Below are positions 19,557-28,407 of a stretch of DNA of 55,611 bases, piece after piece. Position numbers and translations under genes: made by a program. Where the stretch lies: positions 1 through 55,611 of the forward strand of contig JAENWU010000001.1 of the NCBI GenBank assembly GCA_016649905.1, read 5' to 3'. This DNA is from Thermoleophilia bacterium (GTDB taxonomy: Bacteria; Actinomycetota; Thermoleophilia; Solirubrobacterales; 70-9). Under the pieces are notes generated by a model, which searched no databases, was not told the origin of the DNA, and worked only from the letters and a program-made list of their open reading frames with translations. The stretch's first letter is position 1. Each line of letters begins with the position of its first letter.

Positions 19557-19678
19557 GGGGGACCTCAAAAACGGCGAAAAAAGGCGCTGGGGCAAGCTCT
19601 GGGGCAAGGTGAGGTCAAAGTGAGGTTGATTCCGAGCCTTGCGCAGGGCTTCCCGTCCGTCAACTTAGAGTTTCGGCG

Positions 19679-20566
19679 ATGACTCGATCCGAGGCCCTGC
19701 CTTCATCTGGAGTGCTGGAGGAAGTCCGGCGCCTGGCGGGCCCGTCAGCCGTGGTCCTGGGTGCCGCGCGCCTCGAAGGCGGCCAGCACGCGGACACCTG
19801 GAGAGTTGATACCGAGAATCCCGCGATCAGCGTTGTCGTCCGCCAGTTTCCGGTGGACGACCCTGCCCCCTTGCGTGAGCAGCGTGTACTGCGAGCCCTC
19901 GACGGACTCGGCGGTATGGCCCCGGTGCTGCTCGGCGGCGACCTGAACGGCCGATGGTCGAAGTACCCGACTTCTTTGATCAGCTGGCTTGACGGTCAGC
20001 CGGACATCACTCCGACTGACCCCAGGGGGTGGGCGCGCGAGTTAGGTCGCGCGCTCGCCGCGGTGCACACGGTCCCGACCGAGCGGCTGGCGGAATTGCC
20101 GAGCATCTTCGACCGCAGCGGAGGCTCTCAGGAGATATTGGGGGGCCCACTGGCGGCGGAAGTTCGGTCTCGCTGGTCACAGGTTGTTACGTCGCCGGAG
20201 GTGCTCACCCACTGCGATTACTGGTCGGGCAACGTCGTCTGGCGGGACGGAAGGCTCACGGGCATCGTCGACTGGTCGGACGGGTCACGCGGTCCACGTG
20301 GCTTCGACTTGGGCTGGTGCCGACTGGATCTCGTCCTCCTGTTCGACGAGCAAATTGCCGACGACTTTCTTGCGGCCTACGAAGCAGCGACCGGCCAGGC
20401 AGTCGGCGAGATGCGCCTTTGGGATACCTGGGCCGTCGCTCGGTCCGATGACGCGGTTGGGTCCTGGCCCCCGAACTACCTGCCGCTGGGCCGCGCCGAC
20501 CTCGATGAAGATGAGCTTCGGCGACGCCATGCGCAATGGACGGCACGCCTCAGAGAGCGGAGGTAA
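19679..20566 (+). CDS. Aminoglycoside/choline-kinase-type phosphotransferase (APH family)
   Basis: HADTWRV, catalytic loop HCDYWSGNVVW and IVDWSDGSRGPRGFDLG. Confidence 0.8.
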   Translation: MTRSEALPSSGVLEEVRRLAGPSAVVLGAARLEGGQHADTWRVDTENPAISVVVRQFPVDDPAPLREQRVLRALDGLGGMAPVLLGGDLNGRWSKYPTSLISWLDGQPDITPTDPRGWARELGRALAAVHTVPTERLAELPSIFDRSGGSQEILGGPLAAEVRSRWSQVVTSPEVLTHCDYWSGNVVWRDGRLTGIVDWSDGSRGPRGFDLGWCRLDLVLLFDEQIADDFLAAYEAATGQAVGEMRLWDTWAVARSDDAVGSWPPNYLPLGRADLDEDELRRRHAQWTARLRERR

Positions 20567-20958
20567 GCCCCCGCAAGTGAGATCGCCCAGCCCTTCCTGG
20601 GGCAAGCAATGGTGCAACAGGAACTCCACAGATGGGACTCGGTGCCTTTCAGGCCGGATTGCGGTTGACGATCACCTCGATCCGTTTCCAGGAGAATGGC
20701 TCCAGGAATGCCGATGCGCCGCCCAGGACCTTGAGCCGCCACCGATAGACGGTGTTGGGCGCTCAAGTCGATCGCCACCGGTGCGCTACGCCGCAGCTGG
20801 TCAAGTCCTAGTCGCGAGGAGATCGAGAAGCAGCTGCGAACCGACGGCCGCCTGCGCTCTCAGGAAGCGTGCCGCGAGGCCCCTTTGAGACTAGCCGCGT
20901 TCGTCGCAGCTGATGAGGCGATGCCCGGCCTCTTTGCGTGGTGGGGAGTCGGAATAAC

Positions 20959-20978
20959 TCAGAAATCTGATAATCTGA
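20959..20978. promoter_or_regulatory. Palindromic putative operator upstream of the Phd/VapC-like pair
   Basis: TCAGAAATCTGA (perfect palindrome) followed by a TAATCTGA half-site repeat, ending 4 nt before ATG 20983, in an A/T-rich patch. Confidence 0.4.
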
Positions 20979-20982
20979 CTGC

Positions 20983-21234
20983 ATGAAGCAGTTGAGCGCA
21001 ACCGATGCTTCCCGCCGGTTCTCAGAGGTCTTGGACGATGTGGAGCGGGGCGGGGAGTCCTATGTTGTTGTTCGCCACGGTCGCGCCGTGGCGACTATTG
21101 GTCCCGCGAGCGGCGGGACTGGGAAAGCGCTCAAGGAGGTGCTTCGCGCCAATCGGCCTGACGATGCCTGGGCGGGCGAGCTGCGCGAGCTTCGCGAGGG
21201 CATGGACCCTGTGACGGACCCCTGGCACGACTGA
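20983..21234 (+). CDS. Phd/YefM-type antitoxin
   Basis: 83 aa. MKQLSATDASRRFSEVLDDVERGGESYVVVRHGRAVATI matches the Phd/YefM N-terminal pattern. Its stop overlaps the PIN gene. Confidence 0.75.
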   Translation: MKQLSATDASRRFSEVLDDVERGGESYVVVRHGRAVATIGPASGGTGKALKEVLRANRPDDAWAGELRELREGMDPVTDPWHD

Positions 21235-21623
21235 TCCTTGACACGACGGTCCTGGTTGACGCCGAGCGCGGCGGCGATTCGCTGGAGGACGTGATCGATG
21301 ACGGCGACGACGTCGCTGTGGCGGCGATCACTGTGGCGGAGTTGTGGGTTGGCGTCCAGCTGGCTAAAGGACGCAGGCGGGAGAAGCGGGAGCGCTTTGT
21401 TGTGGCGGTTCTCGACGCTGTCTCGATTGAGTCCTACGACCTCAACGTGGCCGAAGCACATGCCGATCTGTTGGCGCACGTTCGGCGGGCAGGGACGCCA
21501 CGTGGCGCCCACGACCTCATCATCGCCGCGACGGCACGAGCCCAGGAGCGGCAGGTCGTGAGCTCCGACCAAAGCGGCTTTGCCGCGCTCCCTGGCGTCT
21601 CCCTCGTAAGCGACCTTAGCTAG
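21231..21623 (+). CDS. PIN-domain (VapC-like) toxin; start codon non-canonical or 5' end damaged
   Basis: (L)ILDTTVLVD..., HDLIIAATA and SSDQSGF are PIN acidic/structural motifs. The first ATG (21291) would delete the conserved N-terminal Asp. The only in-frame candidate is CTG 21231, overlapping the antitoxin stop. Confidence 0.65.
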   Translation: MILDTTVLVDAERGGDSLEDVIDDGDDVAVAAITVAELWVGVQLAKGRRREKRERFVVAVLDAVSIESYDLNVAEAHADLLAHVRRAGTPRGAHDLIIAATARAQERQVVSSDQSGFAALPGVSLVSDLS

Positions 21624-21720
21624 TGGTGTGACCGCCAACGTTTGCCGGTTTCCATAACCAGGCTCCAGCACCCCGCTGCCGAAGTGACTCCCCGAGCGCA
21701 ATCGACGATCGAAGGCGAAG

Positions 21721-22929
21721 ATGGCGGCGAGGGTGGTGCTGCGGGAGATCACCAACGAGGAGGGCAACCGGCTGCTGCGGATCGTGCGCCGCGACTCAGG
21801 CTCAGTCAAAGGCGTGCTGGGAACGCTGATCGCCTCGCGCTGGTGGCGGGACTCGGCCGCCGAGGGACACCGGCGTCTCGTCATCAGCCTCGATGATCCA
21901 GCCGCCCGGAAGTGGCTTCACCTCAGTGAGGATCCGCGTCGCGCTGATCTACTCGGCCTCGACCATGGTCCCGACGGCCTCGAGGTAGCCGCGATCGAGG
22001 TGAAGGCGGTCGAGGCCGCGAGCGCCGAGTACCAGATAAAAGAAGGCCGGATCGAGGGTGAGGCGGTCGGCCAGGTGCTCTCCACCCGGGCGCTCCTGCT
22101 CGACGTCTTCGGCCAGGGACCCGGAGCTGACCTCGTGACCACCCCCGCCCGTCGCGAGTTGCTTCGGGCCAACGCCTTTCGCGAGCTCAGCAAGAGTTCC
22201 TATGACGGCGAGGCCCGCCGACACTGGGTCGCGGTGATCGAGCAGGCCTTCGCCGCCGAGATCGGCGTGGACGTGAGCGCCCATCTGGTCGATGTCCGCA
22301 TCGGGGCCAACCCGGCGAGCCTGCCCGCGCCCGTGTCTGCGCTCGCGGCGGATGACAGCCCGGTCGTCGTCACGGTCTTGAACGAGCGCGAGGTCGACGA
22401 GTTGCGTGCGCCCGAGCCTTCCGCAGCCGAGCGCACGGATCCCTCAACGACATCGGCCGCCGAGGGCGAGGGAGCGCCGGTCGAAAAGGAGAGCGCTGAT
22501 GAACCCCCGGCTGAGTACGCGGACGCGAAGGCCGAGCCGGAGGGGGTCGCTGCTTCGCCGGCCTCAAAGCCGCAGCCGAGCCCATCGGTCGGCGCCCAGC
22601 AACCGGACCGTCCACTCGCCTATCTCGGGAGCGCCGAAGCCGCCTACGGTGAGGTCGAGGAGATCGCCTTTGACCCGATGCGCCCAGGCGAGGAGTTGCC
22701 GAATGCCCACATCTCGATCACCGCGACCCGACTCTTCTTCAGTCAATCGCTGGCGGACCCGATCAAATCGATCCAGGCGACCCTGGTCGGTAAAAGCAGC
22801 GGCACCGAGGCCGAGCGGGTCGCGACCGAAATGCGGAGCATGCGCGAGTTGCACTGCTTGATGCAAAACCAGCAGTACCGGCCGTACCGGCGGGTTGCGG
22901 TCACTCCGTACTGGCGGCGGGTCGAATGA
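21721..22929 (+). pseudogene. Chimeric or decayed ORF: IS630-like transposase N-terminus, PD-(D/E)xK-like nuclease segment, then an ATPase truncated before its Walker A
   Basis: RVVLREITNEEGNRLLRIVRRDSGSV resembles IS630-type transposase N-termini. ADLLGLD...LEVAAIEVK looks like D...ExK. NAHISIT occupies the position that normally precedes GxTGSGKS in HerA/FtsK/DptH-like ATPases, but it is followed by unrelated sequence. Confidence 0.45.
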
Positions 22930-23046
22930 CAGCTTGGCGTGCCCTCGCCGTATCGGCTTGCAGATGGCTCTGCCGTCAGTCAAGTCGGCGGACCCGGCGC
23001 GTGCCGTGTCGGGAATGCTGCCTTGACGGCCGCTACGATCTGGGGC

Positions 23047-23247
23047 ATGACCAAGGCTGAGCTGTATGAGCAGATTGAGTCGATGACCGATGAGGAAGCG
23101 GCGGAGGTCAAGCTGATCTTTGCTCCCGATTGGCCCTCTAAAGCGACCTCCATCGAGGAGATCCGCAAGCGGACGGGCACCAAGCCGATGAGCCCCGAGG
23201 ATTTCGACCGGCACTTCGGGTCGCTGCCCACCGACGGCGAGGGATAG
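23047..23247 (+). CDS. Small acidic protein, putative antitoxin partner
   Basis: 66 aa from the internal ATG (MTKAELYEQIESMTDEEAAEV...). It ends 7 nt before the RelE/ParE-like ORF. Confidence 0.45.
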   Translation: MTKAELYEQIESMTDEEAAEVKLIFAPDWPSKATSIEEIRKRTGTKPMSPEDFDRHFGSLPTDGEG

Positions 23248-23254
23248 CGGCCAG

Positions 23255-23620
23255 ATGAGCGCGGGCGCGGGTCCGCGCTTTGAAGTCCGCATCGACGAGA
23301 AGCTGCTTGCTGAGGATCTCGCGCACTGCACCCAGGCAGCGCGCGCGGCGATAGAGCTTGTCGTCGCAGAGCTGCGGCACGAGGGCGCGCCATACGAGTG
23401 GCTTCTCCGCTGCGAAGAGGAAGCGCGCGACGGAACCCGCCTGGGCGGGTGCGTCAAGTTCTACATTCCAAGACCTGCCGGACAGTGGGGCGCGGTCCTC
23501 GCCGGTGACGAGCAAGCATCGAAGCCTGCCCTTGTATTGCTGGCGGTAGGGGAGAGGCACCCTGCGCAGCCGTGGCGACCGAGCGTCTACGAGATGGCTC
23601 ACCGTCGCCTCACCAGGTGA
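23255..23620 (+). CDS. RelE/ParE-superfamily-like toxin (tentative)
   Basis: 121 aa. The C-terminal pattern GGCVKFYIPRP..WGAVLA...ALVLLAVGERH....VYEMAHRRL resembles RelE/ParE folds. Confidence 0.5.
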   Translation: MSAGAGPRFEVRIDEKLLAEDLAHCTQAARAAIELVVAELRHEGAPYEWLLRCEEEARDGTRLGGCVKFYIPRPAGQWGAVLAGDEQASKPALVLLAVGERHPAQPWRPSVYEMAHRRLTR

Positions 23621-23671
23621 CCCGACTCGCCGGTCGAGTCCAACCCGTTCTCCCGACGTCAAATCCGTGCC

Positions 23672-23776
23672 CGTGGTTCCGTTCGTGGTTCCATTCTGAG
23701 CAGAACTAGCCGAACTGGCAGAAGCTGAAAGGCTCTACAGAGCCAAGTAGAACCCAGCCGACCATGCCTGGAGCGC
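23672..23776 (+). repeat. Island right-arm module, variant B
   Basis: Tandem 12-mers CGTGGTTCCGTT/CGTGGTTCCATT, then CTGAGC, a hairpin GGCTCT-AC-AGAGCC (23731-23744), AAGTAGAACC and CATGC directly abutting the att repeat. It is colinear with the modules at 35881 and 36827. Confidence 0.6.
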
Positions 23777-23819
23777 CTCATAACCCGAAGGTCGCAGGTT
23801 CGAATCCTGCCCCCGCTAT
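23777..23819 (+). repeat. att-type direct repeat, copy B (tRNA-fMet 3' 43 nt)
   Basis: Perfect match to 19474-19516. There is no tRNA 5' half upstream. Confidence 0.95.
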
Positions 23820-23953
23820 GGCCTTAAGCCTCAATCCACCGCCCGATCACACCTGATCCGTCCGCCCCGTTCAGCGCGACGGTGGGAGAGTTCTATTTGC
23901 AGAAGGTCTACGAGCGGCTCCGAGAAGCCGCCTAATCGTCTCTCGACGCGAGT

Positions 23954-24106
23954 CTAGAAGTCGAGCTGAGCGGCTTGCTCGTGGCGGATCCAGGAACGCT
24001 GGTCCCTGCGACGATTCGCCTTGACGTTTGCGGTCAGCTTTTGCGGCTTGCAGAGTAGGCAGCCGCTCCGGCGATGCTTTGGCCGTTTGCGCTTGTGATC
24101 TGCCAT
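23954..24106 (-). CDS. Small basic CxxC protein (50 aa), hypothetical
   Basis: MADHKRKRPKHRRSGCLLCKPQKLTANVKANRRRDQRSWIRHEQAAQLDF. A paralogous copy lies at 30511-30654. Confidence 0.5.
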   Translation of the reverse strand: MADHKRKRPKHRRSGCLLCKPQKLTANVKANRRRDQRSWIRHEQAAQLDF

Positions 24107-24143
24107 TGGCCCAAGGCTAGCGGGATCTGCCGACTGGTACGTC

Positions 24144-24428
24144 GTGTGCCCATGCGTGTACCCTTGGGCCATCGCCGAACGCAACCGCCGCATCAACGTC
24201 ACGCTCGAGCCGGATTATGCGCAGAAGCTTGCCAGCCTGGCCGAGCGCACGCACGTCCAGGAGGGGACCTTGGCACGCTCGCTGCTCTCCAGCGCTCTTG
24301 ATGAGGCCGATCCGGACGCCTCTCGGATCACTGGAATTCTCGATGGGATTCCTGGCGCCTGGGAGCGGGCGCAGGAGTCGATTGAGCAGGCTCGGCGCGG
24401 CGAAACGGTTCCGCTCTCCGAGCTGTAG
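24144..24428 (+). CDS. Ribbon-helix-helix (CopG-like) antitoxin
   Basis: RRINVTLEPDYAQKLASLAERTHVQEGTLARSLL is an RHH N-terminus. The exact start is uncertain (GTG 24144 or a downstream GTG). Confidence 0.7.
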   Translation: MCPCVYPWAIAERNRRINVTLEPDYAQKLASLAERTHVQEGTLARSLLSSALDEADPDASRITGILDGIPGAWERAQESIEQARRGETVPLSEL

Positions 24429-24431
24429 CCG

Positions 24432-24722
24432 ATGGCGACCGTTGAGGTCACGCGCCTCGCGCGTGATGAGCTTCGAGAGCTGATCGAGGCGCGACGTCTC
24501 CCCGGCGATACGCGGGACCGAGTCTCGCGCTCCCTTCTTGCCCTGGAGGAGTTCCCGCGCGCCGGCAAACAACTCTCCGGTGTCTGGCGAGACTGTCGCG
24601 CCCTAATCGGCCCATGGGGTTGGCTGATCGTCGTCTACATGTACCTAGAGGCCGAGGATCGGATCGTCGTCATCGCCTTCCATGATGCTCGGACGTCCGA
24701 AGCTGCGACGGCGCATCTCTGA
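24432..24722 (+). CDS. ParE/RelE-family toxin
   Basis: 96 aa, 3 nt after the RHH gene. ...GKQLSGVWRDCRALIGPWGWLIVVYMYLEAEDRIVVIAFHDAR. Confidence 0.7.
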   Translation: MATVEVTRLARDELRELIEARRLPGDTRDRVSRSLLALEEFPRAGKQLSGVWRDCRALIGPWGWLIVVYMYLEAEDRIVVIAFHDARTSEAATAHL

Positions 24723-24849
24723 GGCCCGCTGCCGGGCCAGCCGGCGGGTACTAAGCGGGTACTAAGTTGAGCAAAAGTCAGCTAAACCCAGGGCAACTCA
24801 ACCCCTCTCCACAGGCACGAAGCGGGTCAGAACCAGGACCTTGGACAAG

Positions 24850-24892
24850 CTCATAACCCGAAGGTCGCAGGTTCGAATCCTGCCCCCGCTAT
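24850..24892 (+). repeat. att-type direct repeat, copy C
   Basis: Perfect match to 19474-19516. Confidence 0.95.
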
Positions 24893-25536
24893 GCCCTTAG
24901 TAGAGCCAAGCTCGCTCAGGTCCTTTACTCGACTGAAGGCGCTCGATACGAGCGCCTTCAGTCGTATTAGGCCGCTGTTGCGGTCGATCTCGACACGCAG
25001 GCGGAACGCCTCGAACACAGCCCGGCGCAGCTCGGGATCGGCTTCCGCCAGAGCCTTCGAGATGTCGGGCAGCGAGTCGATGATCGCGGCGGCTTCGCCG
25101 GGGTCGAAACCGTCACCGCTTCGCTGCGCTTGGTCGAGTTGGGCGATCGCCACCTCGATCTCCTGGCGCTCGGATTTCAGGGCGCGGATTCGCTCGCCGA
25201 CGACGACAGGATCGACGCCGGCCTCGATCGCAGCGAGCTGACGCTTGATCCGCTGCTCGACCTCGCCGAGCTGTCGGCCGGCACGCTCCCGCTTGGCGCC
25301 GTCGCGCCGGCGTAAAAGATCTCGACGCCCGCTCGGCCCAGCTCCCGCTCGTAGGCGAGGGCGTGGAAGAGATCGCGGCTGAGGCGCGAGGTCGAGTAGA
25401 CGATCATCGCGTCGAAGCGCCGAGCGTCTGGCTCCTTGGCCTTCTCGGCGCACTCGCTGCGCTGGGAGGGGAAGGAGAGCGTCGGGTCCTGCTTGTCCTT
25501 GGTCGAGAGGCGTCCGTACCAAGCGAAGCGTCGCAT
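24851..25536 (-). pseudogene. Large serine recombinase remnant (resolvase N-domain frameshifted onto the C-terminal coiled coil; central domains deleted)
   Basis: Frame 1 reads MRRFAWYGRLSTKDKQD...STSRLSRDLFHALAYERELGRAGVEIFYA (catalytic Ser region). From about 25310 a second frame reads AGRQLGEVEQRIKRQLAAIEAGVDPVVVGERIRALKSERQEIEVAIAQL...RLRVEIDRNSGLIRLKALV. The total is only about 210 codons, and the reading frame runs into att copy C. Confidence 0.7.
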
Positions 25537-26312
25537 CAGGTGCTCCTTTCAATACTCGACTTGTCGGCGACCCAGCGTCGCTGGGTCGGGTCCCATCTCC
25601 CGTTGGTGACCTTGCCGTCCAAGATCGGGTCGAGCAGGGCCGCGGCGTCACGATGGCCCGCCGCGAGTTCGTCCGGCACGCCAACCTCTTTGGCGAGTCG
25701 GCGGAACGGCGCCGCCCATTCGGCGGGAGGGGATGGCAGGGCTTTGGGCGCTGAGTGAGTGTCACGCAGCGCGAAGATCGTCTCGATCTCTCGGCGCAAG
25801 GTGGCGGCGTCGAGGTGCGAGAGCTCGGAGATCAGCGCGAGGTCGACCAGATCCTTGGGGCGGGTGCTGGTGCGCCCGCCCTCGTAGGTGCGGGTGTAGG
25901 CGTGGAGCTTTTCCGCGACCTGCAGCTCCAACGGGACGGCGTCGACTTCGATGGGTTCGATCCCGGCGAAGCCGAGAAGATCCTCGGTGCGCAGGGTCTC
26001 GGTCTCCAGTGCGTCGTCGGCCCGGAAGCCGACGTCGAGCAGGAACGTCTCGAAGGCGCGTCCCGCCAGGGACGCTGAGACCCGGAACCGGTGACTGCCG
26101 CCGAGGCGATCCTCGGGCACGCCGGCCCGCTCGATCGCGAAGGCGAAGAAGTCACCGGCATCGTGGCTCGCCGCGTCCAGCAGCGCATCGAGCAGCTCCT
26201 CCTCGCCGGCACGCCACTCGATGTCGATGTCTTTGGTGCTCCTTGCCCGCGCGGTCAGCCGCAGGTCAAGGGCGAAGCCACCCTTCAGGTTGCGTCTTCG
26301 TATCTCACGCTG
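25536..26312 (-). pseudogene. AbiEii/AbiGii-family nucleotidyltransferase toxin lacking a canonical start (probably 5'-truncated)
   Basis: NLKGGFALDLRLTARARSTKDIDIEW is the NTase motif, followed by the C-terminal AbiEii-like region. The frame is open from 26396, but there is no ATG/GTG/TTG before GTG 26120, which lies inside the domain. Confidence 0.6.
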
Positions 26313-26907
26313 GCACTTCCTCCAGGCGGCCCCCGATGAACTTACGGACCCGCGCCGCTCGGGTCGATGCCGCCGCTCGCAGCCGGCGCGGCGTCGTCAG
26401 CCCTCGCTCCAGGGCCTGGTGGACCGCCATCTCGATCTGCTCAGGTTGCGCACCCGCTTCAAACGAGTCAACGATGGTGCGCTCCGGGCTCGTCACCGGC
26501 AGGCCGGCGATCTCGCGGACCTCAGCTTTCCCCGGCGGCCGGTTCAGCGTGTGCAGCCGAACGCCGGCTCGGCGACGCTGTCCCCGCTCCGAGCGCGGCA
26601 GGGAGAGATGGACCGCGTCGGGGATCACGTCGGAGAGTTCGTGCAGATCAAGGGCGCTCTCGTGCGATACCACCGCTCCGGCATCGCGCAGCGGAAGCCA
26701 GGCCGCCATTACGTGCTCGTGGGGGCTGGAGGGGAAATGCCGCAGCCGGTAGAGCCCTCGGCGGGCGCGCTCGTAGCGGCCTCCGGGCCGGGCGTGGTGG
26801 CGCAGCGTGCTGCGGTCCATGCCGGCGTTCACCGCCTGCTGCGCGGTGAAGTATCCGGCTTGGGCCTCCGCCTGTCTATAGAGCCCATCGTGATCTACGT
26901 CAGACAT
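26305..26907 (-). CDS. AbiEi-family antitoxin / transcriptional regulator
   Basis: 200 aa. The wHTH-like N-terminus is GYFTAQQAVNAGMDRSTLRHHARPGGRYERARRGLYRL. The C-terminus is VVSHESALDLHELSD...PVTSPERTIVD. Its stop overlaps the AbiEii frame. Confidence 0.75.
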   Translation of the reverse strand: MSDVDHDGLYRQAEAQAGYFTAQQAVNAGMDRSTLRHHARPGGRYERARRGLYRLRHFPSSPHEHVMAAWLPLRDAGAVVSHESALDLHELSDVIPDAVHLSLPRSERGQRRRAGVRLHTLNRPPGKAEVREIAGLPVTSPERTIVDSFEAGAQPEQIEMAVHQALERGLTTPRRLRAAASTRAARVRKFIGGRLEEVPA

Positions 26908-27035
26908 ATAGGCGATAATAACACCTAAATCACTGACTTCACTCCCGATTGGCCGTCCAACGCGGCTTCACCGAGCTTCCGGGCGTCTCGATTGCGGGAG
27001 GCTTTGGCTAGTCGGGTTTTGCCGGGTGGCGATCG

Positions 27036-27443
27036 TCAGCTGGCCAGTTCGCCCGAACGCGTTTCTTCGGATATACGTTCTTCGTGGAGGGCGAGCCTCT
27101 CTTCGCACTCCTCCTGATGCTGACCGGGATAGTGCCACCGGACAACCAGGTTGAAGTGGTGGACGATGTCGTCGACCAGCTGCTCGTAGCGCCCGTCCTC
27201 CCGGTAGAACCAGGCATTCCCCTCTCCGTCGAGGTGCAAGTAGCGCCGCGTCCAGTAGTGCTTGTAGGCCTGCAGGGGGGTGCCGTTGTCGAGCTCGATC
27301 TCGCCCATCCACATGAACTCGTCGACGTAGATTCGGGCCAGTCCCAGCAGCGGCTCCCAGACCGGCTGCTCGTAGTTGACGATGCTGCCGTCGTGAGGCT
27401 CTTTCCGTCTTGGTTTTCTCCGCTTCGGTTGCTTTGTCGCCAT
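27036..27443 (-). CDS. Hypothetical protein (Trp/Tyr/His-rich)
   Basis: 135 aa from MATKQPKRRKPRRK. The aromatic-rich, non-repetitive composition is unlike the shadow ORFs. No motif recognised. Confidence 0.5.
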   Translation of the reverse strand: MATKQPKRRKPRRKEPHDGSIVNYEQPVWEPLLGLARIYVDEFMWMGEIELDNGTPLQAYKHYWTRRYLHLDGEGNAWFYREDGRYEQLVDDIVHHFNLVVRWHYPGQHQEECEERLALHEERISEETRSGELAS

Positions 27444-27567
27444 GGCCACGATCGTGGCGGGCAGGGTGTGGACGAACAAGACGCGTTCGTGCCGATTGCC
27501 GGTCTACTGGCGCAAGGAAGGCGCCGGGTTCGATTTGGGCCGCGGCCTCGTCTTGGAGGCCGGTGCG

Positions 27568-27927
27568 CTACGCCGCGGCAGGCGGTCCGAACCAGGTGGT
27601 CAGCGCTTCCGGGAGTCCGAGTTGGGTTCGGCCTCCGACCCAGGCAACGTATCCGTCGGGCCGGACCAGCACGGCAGTGGGAGCGGTGACCGCGCCGAGT
27701 ACCGGGAGGTCCCACTCCCCCTTGTAGCTCGTGTCTATCAGCTGGACCCGGTCAGCCCATGGAGTGATGTCGAAGCCGCCGGGCTCACCGAGGTTGAGCA
27801 GCACCGGCTTGGCGTCGTGCAGCAGCTCGAAGACTCGGAGCGGGCCGTCGGCGGTTACGAGGTCCAGATCGGGCATCCGGCGTCCGAGCAGCGGATGTCC
27901 CTCGCCGAGGTCGTAGTGACCTGTCGA
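27568..27927 (-). pseudogene. C-terminal fragment of an FAD-dependent aromatic-ring monooxygenase (thioredoxin-like C-domain)
   Basis: GHPLLGRRMPDLDLVTADGPLRVFELLHDAKPVLLNLG...VLVRPDGYVAWVG...LTTWFG. The frame opens immediately after a TGA at 27928-27930, and the N-terminal roughly 400 aa are absent. Confidence 0.7.
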
Positions 27928-27932
27928 TCAGT

Positions 27933-28184
27933 GTGGACGCCAACGTCAGTGCTGCGGGGGCCATGCTGGGACTCCAGATCTACAACTGGTCGCGGCACCG
28001 CTTCGAGACTATCGCCGCCCCCCGGGCCGGCCTATTGCGAGACGGCACCCTCACCTGGACCGCGACGAGTGCGCCGGCGCCGTACGTCTCCGGGGCCGGC
28101 GAGGTCCGCGTCGCCATCCGTGCTACGCACACAAGCCCGTTCCGGACCCGCACTGATCAGGTGCGGGTTACCGCGAGCGACTGA
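27933..28184 (+). CDS. Hypothetical ORF, possibly a C-terminal gene fragment
   Basis: 83 aa with a GTG start (LQIYNWSRHRFETI...EVRVAIRATH). Weak evidence. Confidence 0.3.
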   Translation: MDANVSAAGAMLGLQIYNWSRHRFETIAAPRAGLLRDGTLTWTATSAPAPYVSGAGEVRVAIRATHTSPFRTRTDQVRVTASD

Positions 28185-28407
28185 TTGAGACCAAGCGAGA
28201 AGACCCCCGGCGCAGTCGCGCCGCCACACCGGACGAGCAAGCTCTGGAGGCGGGAGAGCGCGTGCATGACACTCACAGCATCGAACAGATGTCGACAGAT
28301 TTTGATGCTGGTGCCGTCGCACCGAGGCCAGACCTCCATGGCCATGATGACCCTGACTTTGTTCGGCTTACGGCGTTGTACCCCTGACGGCATTTGCACA
28401 GCTATCT

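Noticed and set aside
20640-20790. Minus-strand peptide NTVYRWRLKVLGGASAFLEPFSWKRIEVIVNRNPA as a possible recombinase/transposase HTH remnant
   Set aside because: Only 35 codons lie between stops, and the resemblance to HTH motifs is too vague to call.
24851-25765. 304-aa continuous minus-strand ORF
   Set aside because: Only its C-terminal third (the coiled coil) matches serine recombinases. The upstream part is an out-of-frame reading across the resolvase domain and the AbiEii 3' end. It is treated as a pseudogene in two frames.
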